A stretch of 64,000 nucleotides of DNA, taken from the NCBI GenBank assembly GCA_000092065.1, contig CP000588.1. One strand, given 5' to 3'. The first letter of the stretch is position 1. Each line of letters starts with the position of its first letter. Positions 27,903-37,704 of the stretch are shown here, piece after piece. The notes under the pieces are model-generated. The model was not told the DNA's origin and made no database searches. It saw only the letters and a program-made list of their open reading frames with translations. Position numbers and translations under genes: made by a program. This stretch comes from Ostreococcus lucimarinus (lineage: Eukaryota).

Positions 27903-30900
27903 ATGTTCGCCGCCGCGAACGTCACCGCGGTCGCCGCGATGCGAAGCGCGCTCCCTGCGTCGTCTTCCGCGTCGTCGTGCGCCCGCATCGCGCGCGCGCA
28001 CCCCGCGCTGGGTTCGTCGTCGAGCGCCTTCGCGTCGCCGATGCCAATCGGCGCGACGCCGCGCCCCGCGCGCGCGACCGCGGGACGCGTGCGCGTCACC
28101 GTGCGCGCGAAAGCATCGGATGGTGATCGACGCGCGAAGACCGGAGATGAGAAAGGGAAGAAGACGAAGACGAAGACGAAGACGAAGTCGACGACGGGGA
28201 AGAGGGAAGGTTCGAGCGGGACGAAGAAGAAGTCATCGAAGGCTCGAACGCCCAAGGGAACGCCGTTCGTCGAAAAGAAGAGGATAGCGGTGAAAGACAC
28301 GTATGTGAGCCCGATCGGGGAGCTGGAGAGAAAGCTTCCGGGGCGCGGGGTGTGGTTTCGTAAGGGGAACGCCACGACGCAGGATGCGCGCCCGGACGGA
28401 TTGGGAGCGAGCTCGAAGCCTTTGCTCACGCCGGGGACACAAGCGTGGTACAAGGAGTGGAAGAGACAGAGAAAGATTGACATTCAAAATAAAGCTAGCA
28501 GAGAGTTGCGAAAGACGGCGCGGAAACCGGTGGAGGATTATGCGAAACCCGGGCAAGCGGCGGGCAAACCCTTGAGCATCGACGAGCTCAAGTACACAGC
28601 GCTGGGGCGGGCGAAGATACAATCGGCACGCCAGCATATTGCGTACAACCGTTTTGTCCACAGCATCTTGAATGAAGAAATCAAGGAGCTTTACGTGAGC
28701 GTGGATGCAGTGGCGAGGTACGCTATCGTGTACAAGGATGGGCGAATAGCGTATTGTCAAGTGGCGCCGCACAACACTGAGGTTTACAATCTGACGCAAA
28801 GCGTCGGATTAGAAATCAACCCAACGATGGCAGAAGCATCGAGCCATACGTTGGCAGCCGTTGGCGATCGCGGGGCGCAGATTCGGACGTTTATTGCTGG
28901 TTACGGTGTTCCTTCGTTAGGCGTTTTCTTCATATGGGCCATCGTCTTTTACATGCAACGTTTCAGAGGTGACTGGGAAGATCGTCAAAAGATTCTCGAG
29001 CTCGAGCGCGCTGAAGAGGCGCAGAGGCAAGCCGAAAAGGGCGATCCGCGTATCAACGCTTTGGTGGAAATGTTACAGAAGATGGATGAGAATGATCCGC
29101 GACGCGACCAAGTCAAGCGCGAGATTCGCAACCGCAAGTCTGCTATCGCGCGTGCGAACGGCGATAAGAAGGATGCGGCGGCGAAGGCGGCCGATGGAGA
29201 CCAAATGGGTGCCGCGAATGCGTTCATGCGAGTTGGCGTCAAGGTAGTTAAGAAGAAGGAAGTTGAGGAGGAAGAGTTGAGTTCGGACGAAGAAGACGAA
29301 GTTGAGGCTTTGATAGACCCAGCCAAAGCTAAGGCTAAGAACAAAGGCCCGAAGAAAGGTCGTGTGAACACCAAGATGAAACTTCGCGACGAAAGCGAAG
29401 TCGTGAAGTTTGACGACGTCGCGGGTATCGGCACGGCGAAGGTTGAACTTCAAGAAGTTGTCGATTTCTTCTTGCAGCCGGAAAAATTCAAAGAGAGCGG
29501 TAGCAAGGTTCCGAAGGGTGTCTTATTGACGGGTCCGCCGGGCTGTGGTAAAACGCTTCTTGCGCGAGCCGTCGCAGGCGAAGCAGGTGCTACTTTCTTC
29601 TCCTTGGCGGCTTCTGAATTCGTGGAGATGTTTGTCGGTGTTGGTGCGGCTCGCGTGCGCGATTTGTTCCAACAAGCCAAAAAGCAATCGCCCTCGATCA
29701 TTTTCATCGATGAGCTAGATGCAGTCGGTCGACCTAGAGGCGGCGGTGGCTCGGGTAACGATGAACGCGACCAGACGTTAAACCAGCTGCTCGTGGAGCT
29801 GGATGGTTTTGGTAGTGACACGCAAATTGTGTGCATTGCAGCGACGAACAGAGTTGACGTTCTCGACAAGGCGCTCATTCGCCCGGGACGTTTCGACCGC
29901 AAAATCGTCATCCCGAAGCCCGATTACACCGGCCGTAAAGAAATTTTACAAGTTCACTGCAAAGGTAAACCGGTCGATTCGAATATTGATTGGAATGCGC
30001 TCTCTGGAGAAACGGAGGGCTTCAGCGGAGCAGCCCTCGCATCGGTCGTGAATCTCGCCGCTCTTCAGGCGGCGAAAAGTTCGCGGGAGTTGGTGACAAT
30101 GGACGATTTTCAAACTGCGCTTGAGATGGAGACGTTAGGCAAGGTTTTACCACAAGGTCTCGGTGAGGAAAACGAGAAGCGTTTGGCGCTCATCCATTCC
30201 GCGGCGGCGGTTGCGTATCGTTGTTTGTGCAATGACATGGGTGACATTTCTTTTGTCACGATCGTGGCTCGAGAAAGCAACGCCGAAGGTCAATTGGCTC
30301 TCGCTGAAAACCCCGTAGCACTGCGTCCTGGAGCGTTTACCAAGGGTTTCATGAGACGTCACTTGCGCGCGTGTTTCGTCCCATCCATCGCTGAGGAGGT
30401 CTTCTACGGTTTCGACAACTGCACGAAGGTTACTGCGCCTTACACCGGTCGTGCGCGAGAAATCGCGAACTTCTTCGTTCACAATGCAGCGATGAGTGAT
30501 GAAAATAGCGAGTTTATGTACTATCCTACTGGCAACGTCATTGAAGTGACTGACTTCTTGCGTGCTGAACGCGAAGAATACCGACTTCCATCGACAACGG
30601 ATGATCGTTACGCCCGAGCAGATGAAGAGGTGCGCCGTTTGATGGAGAGACAATACGCCGCGGCGAGGCGTTTCGTCGAAAAACAAAAAGACGCCATCGA
30701 TGCTCTAGCGAAGGTAGTTATGGAGAAGAAGACTGTGCAGGCGGAAGAGGTTAAGGCGATCATCGACAAGCACGCTATCATGCCTTACGACGACGAAGAA
30801 TTTCCGAGCGCGTTTGCGACGGACCGCAAGCTTCTTAAAGATTGGAACGGTACGAAGCCGGCCGATTACATGGTCGGTGGCTTAGCTCCCACTAGTGATT

Positions 30901-30908
30901 CTGATTAA
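27903..30908 (+). CDS. FtsH-like AAA+ protein with inactivated metalloprotease site (FtsHi-type), long N-terminal extension
   Basis: The AAA ATPase motifs are intact: Walker A GPPGCGKT, Walker B IIFIDELD, and SRH ATNRVDVLDKALIRPGRFD. The M41 peptidase domain is present, but the zinc-binding HEAGH position reads LIHSAAAVAY, so no HExxH. The N-terminal ~500 aa carry a presequence, a (KT)n stretch and one TM segment. Confidence 0.85.
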   Translation: MFAAANVTAVAAMRSALPASSSASSCARIARAHPALGSSSSAFASPMPIGATPRPARATAGRVRVTVRAKASDGDRRAKTGDEKGKKTKTKTKTKSTTGKREGSSGTKKKSSKARTPKGTPFVEKKRIAVKDTYVSPIGELERKLPGRGVWFRKGNATTQDARPDGLGASSKPLLTPGTQAWYKEWKRQRKIDIQNKASRELRKTARKPVEDYAKPGQAAGKPLSIDELKYTALGRAKIQSARQHIAYNRFVHSILNEEIKELYVSVDAVARYAIVYKDGRIAYCQVAPHNTEVYNLTQSVGLEINPTMAEASSHTLAAVGDRGAQIRTFIAGYGVPSLGVFFIWAIVFYMQRFRGDWEDRQKILELERAEEAQRQAEKGDPRINALVEMLQKMDENDPRRDQVKREIRNRKSAIARANGDKKDAAAKAADGDQMGAANAFMRVGVKVVKKKEVEEEELSSDEEDEVEALIDPAKAKAKNKGPKKGRVNTKMKLRDESEVVKFDDVAGIGTAKVELQEVVDFFLQPEKFKESGSKVPKGVLLTGPPGCGKTLLARAVAGEAGATFFSLAASEFVEMFVGVGAARVRDLFQQAKKQSPSIIFIDELDAVGRPRGGGGSGNDERDQTLNQLLVELDGFGSDTQIVCIAATNRVDVLDKALIRPGRFDRKIVIPKPDYTGRKEILQVHCKGKPVDSNIDWNALSGETEGFSGAALASVVNLAALQAAKSSRELVTMDDFQTALEMETLGKVLPQGLGEENEKRLALIHSAAAVAYRCLCNDMGDISFVTIVARESNAEGQLALAENPVALRPGAFTKGFMRRHLRACFVPSIAEEVFYGFDNCTKVTAPYTGRAREIANFFVHNAAMSDENSEFMYYPTGNVIEVTDFLRAEREEYRLPSTTDDRYARADEEVRRLMERQYAAARRFVEKQKDAIDALAKVVMEKKTVQAEEVKAIIDKHAIMPYDDEEFPSAFATDRKLLKDWNGTKPADYMVGGLAPTSDSD
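28161..28190 (+). repeat. (AAGACG)n hexanucleotide repeat encoding (KT)n in the FtsHi N-terminus
   Basis: aagacgaagacgaagacgaagacgaagtcg, seen directly. It is in frame and encodes KTKTKTKTKS. Confidence 0.9.
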
Positions 30909-30951
30909 TACAATCCTATTGATTGATTCAAGACTTACACATAACTAATAA

Positions 30952-32288
30952 CTAATAATCCGACGTGGAAAGCCCAAGCGCGTCGCACACGCTTCGCATG
31001 TCGCTCGGCATCTTTGCCTGAAACGTAAGCGATTCACCTGTTTCTGGATGCTTGAGCTCGAGATTGAACGCGTGAAGAGCTTGTCTTCGAATACTCAAAG
31101 CCCCACCCCAATCGTCGTACGGTTCTCGCGCGTCTCGACTGTCCGGAGGCGTCAGTTGGTGCATCTGCGTCGGATTTTCAGAGTTGCACGCGGCGAGTTG
31201 CGCCGCACTCCAAACCATTTTCGGTTTTTCTTCATCGCTTTGCGCACTCCATCGCAAGTGCGGCCCATACAGCGCATCGGATACAATAGGCAAGCCTGCA
31301 TGCGCCAAGTGCACGCGAATCTGATGCGTTCGACCTGTCAGCGGCGTCACGCGAACGAGCGCGGCGACGGCGGCCGGCGGAGCTCGCGGCGACGCTGTCA
31401 TAGGCGACACCCCTTTTGGCGTCGTCATCGCGGCCACGCTTTCGTCCTTGATATCGAACAGCGAAGTACTCGCACGAGCGATGATTTCGCACGTCGTTCT
31501 CGCGTCTTTTCCTTCTCCGCTGAAATCAACCGTGCGCGCTTCCTGCACGATTCCGTGGTCACCGATGGGCGCGTCTACGATGAAGCTGTCGCCGCAATCA
31601 GGCGGCACGACACCCACAGACACGGCCAGGTACGTCTTCTTCGCCGTCTTCTCTTGAAACTGTCCCGCTACATTCGCCACCAAGTGCTGCTTCTTCACGA
31701 ACACGGCCACGCCCGAGGTGTCCATATCGAGTCTATGCACGATGTACGGCGTCGCCCCGTCCATATGGTGCAACGCCCGCGACAACAACGAATTCCCCTC
31801 AAATCTATGATTCGGATGAAACCTCAGATTCGGCGGTTTATTCACCACCAAAAACTCATCATTCTCAAACACCACGTCCAACGGCGTCTCGTCTCGCACC
31901 AATTCAATCGCTAAACTCGCCCTCCGCAGCGTCGTCTTCACTCGCGCCGTCGGCACCCCCAGCGCCTCCGCGCACGCCTCCGCCGTCATTCGCTCCCCAT
32001 CTCCCGCTTCCCGTCGTCGATAGCACATCCGCTTCACCTCCGCCGCGAACGCATCGTTCGCTCTCGTCGCTATCTCCAACGCTTCGATCGCGCACGCGTT
32101 CGCGTCTCGTCCATCCGTCGCCGTCCACGTCTTCGCCGGCACCGCCGCGAGCGCGTCCCTCGCGCACTTCCCCAGGTGCGTCCGCAGCGCGTTCGACCGC
32201 ACCGCCGTCCCGCACGCCGGGCACGTCAACCGCACCGACGCGAAGCGCGCCGCGCGTCGTCGCCGCGTTCGATTCATCCCTCGCGCGC

Positions 32289-32324
<36 letters not shown>

Positions 32325-32478
32325 CGTCGTCCGACGCCGCGCCGTCGTCCGTCGTCGTCGCGCGCCGCGCGACGCGCGCGAGTCCCAGTCCGCGGTCGTC
32401 CGCGAGCGACGGCATCGCGCGTCGCTCGCGCGCGCGCTGATTCGCGACCGCGCGCGCGAGCGACGTCGCGAGGCGCAT
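30952..32478 (-). CDS. RluA-family pseudouridine synthase
   Basis: HRLDMDTSGVAVFVKK carries the catalytic Asp motif. Also seen: LVVNKPPNL and GRTHQIRVHLAHAGLPIVSDALYG. Confidence 0.85.
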
Positions 32479-32492
32479 CCGCGCGCGCGTCA

Positions 32493-34733
32493 GTGCCGCC
32501 CGAGCGCGCCGACGTCGCGAATCGCGCGCCGCAGTCGCGCGCGCGCGCCGACGCGCGCGACGAACGACGGCGCGACGCGTCGCGGAGCGAATCCGCGCGA
32601 GGCGTCGACGCGATGGCGCGCGACGGCGACGCCGGCGCGACGCGCGCGAGGAACGAAGGCGAACGCGAAGGCGAACGCGAAAAGGAAAACGAAGCGTCGA
32701 CGTCGGCGTCGCGCGGTGCGCGCGACGAGGACCCGGACGTGAAGCAGAAGTTCGTCACGCTCGAGCGCGTCGTCAGCGGCGCGCTCGCGGGCGGGATGTC
32801 GCGCGTCGCGACGGCGCCGATCGACCGGGTGAAGCTGCTGTTTCAGGTGGACAGCGCGAGCGCGGGATTCACGCTGCGGAGCGGGACGGCGATGGCGCGA
32901 GACATCGCGCGAAACGAGGGATTTTTTGCGCTCTGGCGGGGATGCCACGCGGCGGTGGTGCGGATACTGCCGTACAGCGCGACGACGTTCGGGACGTTTA
33001 ACGCGTACAACGCGGCGCTGGCGGCGGCGTTCGACGTGCGGGCGGATAACGACGCGGTGGGGAAACACAAGGGAGAGGACGAGCGGTCGCCGCCGGTGGG
33101 AGATGTGCGGACGAGATTCGTCGCGGGGGCGCTCGCGGGGGCGACGGCGACGGTGCTGACGTATCCGTTGGATTTGTTGCACGCGAGACTGGCGGCGCAC
33201 TCGTCGAGGCACCCGGCGCCGAACATCTCGGGTATGTTCGGGAGCGCGGGGTATTTGTACGACGTGATGACCAAAGGGGGGGCAAGGAGTTTGTATAACG
33301 GGCTCACGCCGACGTTGGTGGGGATAGTTCCGTACGGGGGGATTAGTTTTGCGACGTTTGAAACGTTGAAATCGATGTACGTCAACCACGCGACGAAGGA
33401 CATGAGCGTCGTGCGCGAGGACGAGTTCGAGATGCCCGTGCATTTGAAGCTCATGGCTGGTGGATTCGCAGGGGTGGCGGCGCAGACTGCGACGTATCCG
33501 TTGCACATCGTTCGACGCCGGATGCAGGTTCACATTAGCGAGGGTGCGTCGGCGCCGCTGTACACGAGCGTATGGGCCGGACTGCGTACGATTTACGCGA
33601 CGGAGGGATTTAGAAATGGACTGTTCAAAGGAGTCACGTTGACTTGGGTGAAAGGCCCGTTCGCGGCGGCGATTGGATTCACCGCTAACGATATACTCTT
33701 TCAAAGAGTAGGACCAACGTTTCGGCATGCGGTGCTGGACGAAGATCCGCCAGAGACGCACGTGCCGGTGATTTGGCACGAGCGCAAATCCATCACCGCG
33801 CTGGAGACTTTGTTCAGCGGCGCGATCGCCGGGGCGGTGGCGAAATCCGTGGTGGCGCCAGCTGATCGAGTGAAGATTATTTACCAAGTGGACGCACAGA
33901 AGCAATTTACGCTCAACGCGGCGTTGCGCACGGCGAGGCAAATCATACAAACCGAAGGCGTCCCAGCTTTGTGGCGCGGCAACGGCGTGCAGATGATTCG
34001 TGTCATGCCGTACGCGGGCGTGAGCTTTTTGGCGTTTCCCAAGTACGACGCGTACATGAACAAATTTACAAATCTTCAGCTGCCGTCGCTTCTCGGCATT
34101 GATCCAGTCGAAAACGAGGATCAACTTCGAATATTCTCAAGATTCTGCGCCGGCGCCGCCGCCGGTGCGACGGCGACCACGATGACGTACCCATTAGACA
34201 TGTTGCGCGCACGATTCGCCGCTACTGGACCGGCGGCTAAGGGGCCACTTGCGGACCTTGCCTCGCTCGTACGTTCGCGCGGCGTGCTGAGCCTGTACAG
34301 CGGCTTATCGCCTACGCTCATCGGCATTATCCCGTACGGCGGGATATCGTTTGCCACGTTTGAGACGTTGAAAGCGATGCACATTAAGCAAGCGATCAAG
34401 CGTGCCGAATCGATAGGTGAAGAAATATCGAGTACGGCCACACTACCGGTTTCTGTACGTCTGTTTTACGGCGGCACAGCGGGGTTGCTCGCGCAAAGCA
34501 TCACGTACCCGCTCGACGTCGTACGACGTCGAGTGCAAGTGCTCGGAAAAACTGGCATGAGTACGAGAGAGGCGATCATCAATATCGCACGAACGGAAGG
34601 TGTGCGCGGGCTGTATAAAGGCCTCACGATGAATTGGGTGAAAGGACCATTGAGCGTCGCGGTTTCTTTCGCGGTGAACGACGCGATTAAATCGCGCATA
34701 AGTGAAATGCACGCCAACGAGGACGAAGATTAG
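32493..34733 (+). CDS. Tandem-fused double mitochondrial-carrier (SLC25) protein: six carrier repeats (two complete 3-repeat carriers) in one ORF
   Basis: Six Px[DE]xx[KR] ... EG(x)nLYRG-type repeats are present: PIDRVK/EGFFALWRG, PLDLLHARL/GGARSLYNG, PLHIVRRR/EGFRNGLFKG, then PADRVK/EGVPALWRG, PLDMLRARF/RGVLSLYSG, PLDVVRRR/EGVRGLYKG. Both halves resemble the CoA/adenine-nucleotide (SLC25A42/A16, Brittle-1-like) subfamily (IVPYGGISFATFETLK appears in both). The halves are diverged from each other, so this is not an assembly duplicate. Confidence 0.85.
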   Translation: MPPERADVANRAPQSRARADARDERRRDASRSESARGVDAMARDGDAGATRARNEGEREGEREKENEASTSASRGARDEDPDVKQKFVTLERVVSGALAGGMSRVATAPIDRVKLLFQVDSASAGFTLRSGTAMARDIARNEGFFALWRGCHAAVVRILPYSATTFGTFNAYNAALAAAFDVRADNDAVGKHKGEDERSPPVGDVRTRFVAGALAGATATVLTYPLDLLHARLAAHSSRHPAPNISGMFGSAGYLYDVMTKGGARSLYNGLTPTLVGIVPYGGISFATFETLKSMYVNHATKDMSVVREDEFEMPVHLKLMAGGFAGVAAQTATYPLHIVRRRMQVHISEGASAPLYTSVWAGLRTIYATEGFRNGLFKGVTLTWVKGPFAAAIGFTANDILFQRVGPTFRHAVLDEDPPETHVPVIWHERKSITALETLFSGAIAGAVAKSVVAPADRVKIIYQVDAQKQFTLNAALRTARQIIQTEGVPALWRGNGVQMIRVMPYAGVSFLAFPKYDAYMNKFTNLQLPSLLGIDPVENEDQLRIFSRFCAGAAAGATATTMTYPLDMLRARFAATGPAAKGPLADLASLVRSRGVLSLYSGLSPTLIGIIPYGGISFATFETLKAMHIKQAIKRAESIGEEISSTATLPVSVRLFYGGTAGLLAQSITYPLDVVRRRVQVLGKTGMSTREAIINIARTEGVRGLYKGLTMNWVKGPLSVAVSFAVNDAIKSRISEMHANEDED

Positions 34734-34777
34734 ACGCTGCTAGCTATAGCTGTGCTACAAATTCACTATTGTTTAGA

Positions 34778-36994
34778 CTAATTCACTTCGTGACCGACCG
34801 GAGCGTATCGCTGCTCGGAGAGAAGCTTTTTCAACCTGTCCTCCACCGCGCGCGCCTTGTGCTCGTCGCCAGCCTTTCGTTCGAGATTGAGCCACAGTTC
34901 GAGGAGCGGGATGTGCGGCGGCGCGCGCGATGCCCCTTTTTCGATGACTGCAATCGAATTCCGCGACGCAGCTTTGTCGTCTTCGCCGCACGAAAGCTCG
35001 AACAGAGCCCACTGCAGCCACAGAGAGGCGCTGCGTGGATGCGCGGAACATCCTTGCTTGAATAACTCTCGCGCCGATTCGTGATTGTTTGTCTCCGCCT
35101 CCAAAGTGGCTAGAGCCTGATAGATGAAATATTGTCCATTATTCACGCCGTAGCGAATTCCATCTTTGAATACCTTGCGCGCGGCGCCGACACTGTTCAC
35201 ACGCTTCTCCCATTGCCCCCACTGCAACCAAGTCGCGGCGTCGGTGCGATCTTCAGCGGTGGCGGCGATGAACAGTTTACGCGTCGCCTCCTCGCCCCCG
35301 GCACGCTTTTCTAGCAAAGCCCACAGTCGGAGGTGTGCGGCGCGCTCACGACGAGTACTCAGATGCCGCGGAACGGAATCGCCTTGGACAAACAGCTGGC
35401 GAGCACGACCGTGCTTGCCGCCGTGCAATTCCGCCGCCGCGGCCGCGGTGATGCACGGCAAGTTGGCGCGACCTGAAGCAAAAGATCCACGTTCAAAAGC
35501 CGCTATGGCGCCTTGAAAATCACCAGATTCCTGAAGTGTAGTTCCGAGTGCGTGCCACACGTGCGCGTTGTTTTGAAACCGCTCGCTTAAACGATGGAGT
35601 CGTCTCGTTGCCTCCTCGACGTCGCCGTTGAGTTTCAGCGCCATGGCGTAGGCGTGCTCGAGTCGCATTTCGCCCGGATTCGCCTTTAAACCCGCAGTCA
35701 AGACATCGAGTTGCCGACGGTTCGACACGCTGTTCCGTCTTGCGCTCATCACCACCCCACCGCGATGCGAATTACCGCGCGCGATATCCTTCTCGAGTTC
35801 GCTCCACTTCAACCACGCCGCGACGTTCTTCTTGTCGTACGCGCACGCGCGCTCAAACATTCCTCTCGACTTGGATACGGCGATATCGAGCGCATCGGCG
35901 GAGTCTTCGCTCTCACGCAACGCGATTTGCCCCTCTATGTCCCCCCAGGACGTGAACAACGCCGAAGCCATCGAGCGAGCTCGCCTTGTCTTCGAGTCGT
36001 TCGTCTGGCGCAACTCTTCCGCCGACTTGCAAAACGCCGCCCCGCGCTCGAGCAATTTCCTCGCCGCATCGCTCTGCCCGCGACTCATTTCAAACGACGC
36101 CCACGCGGTATAATTCGCAACGTGCGTTTCGCACAAGTCCACCGACTTGGCGAAGAGCTCTCGCGCGAGCTTGGGATTCCTTTCCTTTGCCTCCAACCGA
36201 GCCCACGAGTGCGCCGCCACGGCGGCGCTCGCCGGCGCTCCCTCTCCCGCGCTCAACGCGCTCTTATAGCACTTTCTCGCCTTATCAACGCGACCATGCT
36301 TCAGTTCGTGATTCCCGAGCGCCACCCACGCGTCGCAAACCGCCCTCGCGTCTCCGTTCGCCGTCGTCGTCGCCTCTCGCAGCAACGCCCTCGCGTTCGC
36401 GTCCCCGTCCCGCGTCCCCGTTCCCGATTCCGCCGTCGCCCACGCGCACAGCACGACGCACCCAACCTTACCGTCACCCACGCTCTCGCGATGTCTTCGC
36501 ATGATCGCCCGTCCCTCATCGACGTCACCGGCTTTAAAGCACGCCGTCGTCGCCGCGCTCGCGACCGCCGCGTCCGCCGGCTTCGCCCTCGCGCTCGCCG
36601 TCCCTTCCCGCGCCGCCGCGTCGCGTCGTCCCGCGCGCGTCAGCGCGTGTATCTCTCTCGCGCGCATCGTCGCTCGGCTCGTCGTCGTCGCGTCGTCGCC
36701 CATCGCGTCGTCGTCGCGCGCCTCGCGCGTCGCCGCGTCCACGTCGAATTCGCGACGCACCGCGCGCGTCGTCGTCGCGCGCGCGCCGCGCGTCGCCGCG
36801 GAGGCGCGCGACGACGCGCGGCGCGTCGTCGACGACGTCCCGCGCCGCGCCGTCGCGCCCGCGCGCGCGCCGAGCGCCATGGCGCGTCCGTCTGTGGCGT
36901 TATCCACTTCGACGTCGGGCGGGATAGCGCGCCGCGCCGCGCGTCGCGTCGCGCGCGTCGCGAGACGACGCGCGGACGTCGACGATGACGCCAC
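34778..36994 (-). CDS. HAT/TPR (half-a-TPR) repeat protein, HCF107/Mbb1-like candidate organellar RNA-processing factor
   Basis: W/Y-containing HAT-like repeats run along the C-terminal ~450 aa (WLQWGQWEKRVN..., WLQWALFELSCGEDDKA..., AWLKWSELEKDIARG). The N-terminus is R/A/T-rich. Confidence 0.5.
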   Translation of the reverse strand: MASSSTSARRLATRATRRAARRAIPPDVEVDNATDGRAMALGARAGATARRGTSSTTRRASSRASAATRGARATTTRAVRREFDVDAATREARDDDAMGDDATTTSRATMRAREIHALTRAGRRDAAAREGTASARAKPADAAVASAATTACFKAGDVDEGRAIMRRHRESVGDGKVGCVVLCAWATAESGTGTRDGDANARALLREATTTANGDARAVCDAWVALGNHELKHGRVDKARKCYKSALSAGEGAPASAAVAAHSWARLEAKERNPKLARELFAKSVDLCETHVANYTAWASFEMSRGQSDAARKLLERGAAFCKSAEELRQTNDSKTRRARSMASALFTSWGDIEGQIALRESEDSADALDIAVSKSRGMFERACAYDKKNVAAWLKWSELEKDIARGNSHRGGVVMSARRNSVSNRRQLDVLTAGLKANPGEMRLEHAYAMALKLNGDVEEATRRLHRLSERFQNNAHVWHALGTTLQESGDFQGAIAAFERGSFASGRANLPCITAAAAAELHGGKHGRARQLFVQGDSVPRHLSTRRERAAHLRLWALLEKRAGGEEATRKLFIAATAEDRTDAATWLQWGQWEKRVNSVGAARKVFKDGIRYGVNNGQYFIYQALATLEAETNNHESARELFKQGCSAHPRSASLWLQWALFELSCGEDDKAASRNSIAVIEKGASRAPPHIPLLELWLNLERKAGDEHKARAVEDRLKKLLSEQRYAPVGHEVN

Positions 36995-37704
36995 GCGTCG
37001 CGCGCGCCGCGCGTCACGGCGCGCGCGCGCGCGCGCGCGCGACGGTGGACGCGCGACGCGGACGGGGCGCGGCTTCGGGACGCGCGCGCGCGACGACGCG
37101 CGACGACGACGCGGACGCGACGGCGCGCGCGCGACGAGACGCGTTTTGGGAGACGTTTTGGGAGACGCTGGACGCGCAGCGAGGGAAGGCGCCGTTCATG
37201 AAGGCGCGGACGGCGCCGGGACGACGCGGCGGGGAGGCGGCGCCGGCGAGCGGCGGCGAGACGACGACGACGGAGACGACGGAGACGACGAGAGGGGAGG
37301 CGACGACGGACGAGGCGATGGTTTCGTCGACGTCGACGTCGACGTCGTTTTGGGGACGGTGCACGATCGGGGGGTTGGTGCTGGCGGTGCTGATGACGCT
37401 GAGCGCGAGCTCGCTGACGCACTGGCCGACGGTGGCGTTCGCGTTCGCGAATCCGACGACGTTCGCGATCAACCCGAGCGCGGCGGACGCCGAGGCGAAG
37501 ATCGCCGTGGTGCTCGAAATAGGGCGGAGGTTGGCTAAACCGTGCGTGCGGTATCTCGCGGCGTGGTTCGCGTTGCGATCGAGGTGGCGTTTGATGTGGG
37601 CGACGTTCGCGGCGTCGTGCGCGATTTCTGGCGTAACGTTCGCGTAGCTCGGCGAGCGTCGTTGAGTGTGTAGATGGTGTAGTGTTAATAGTTCGATCGC
37701 GCGG

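Noticed and set aside
36501-37647. ORFs 36501..37538 (+), 36640..37422 (-) and 36985..37647 (+)
   Set aside because: They sit in the spacer between the HAT-repeat gene start and the glucosidase II stop and are R/A/D-rich. The 3' part of 36985..37647 has two hydrophobic helices and could be a small real gene. I could not support it and left it unannotated.
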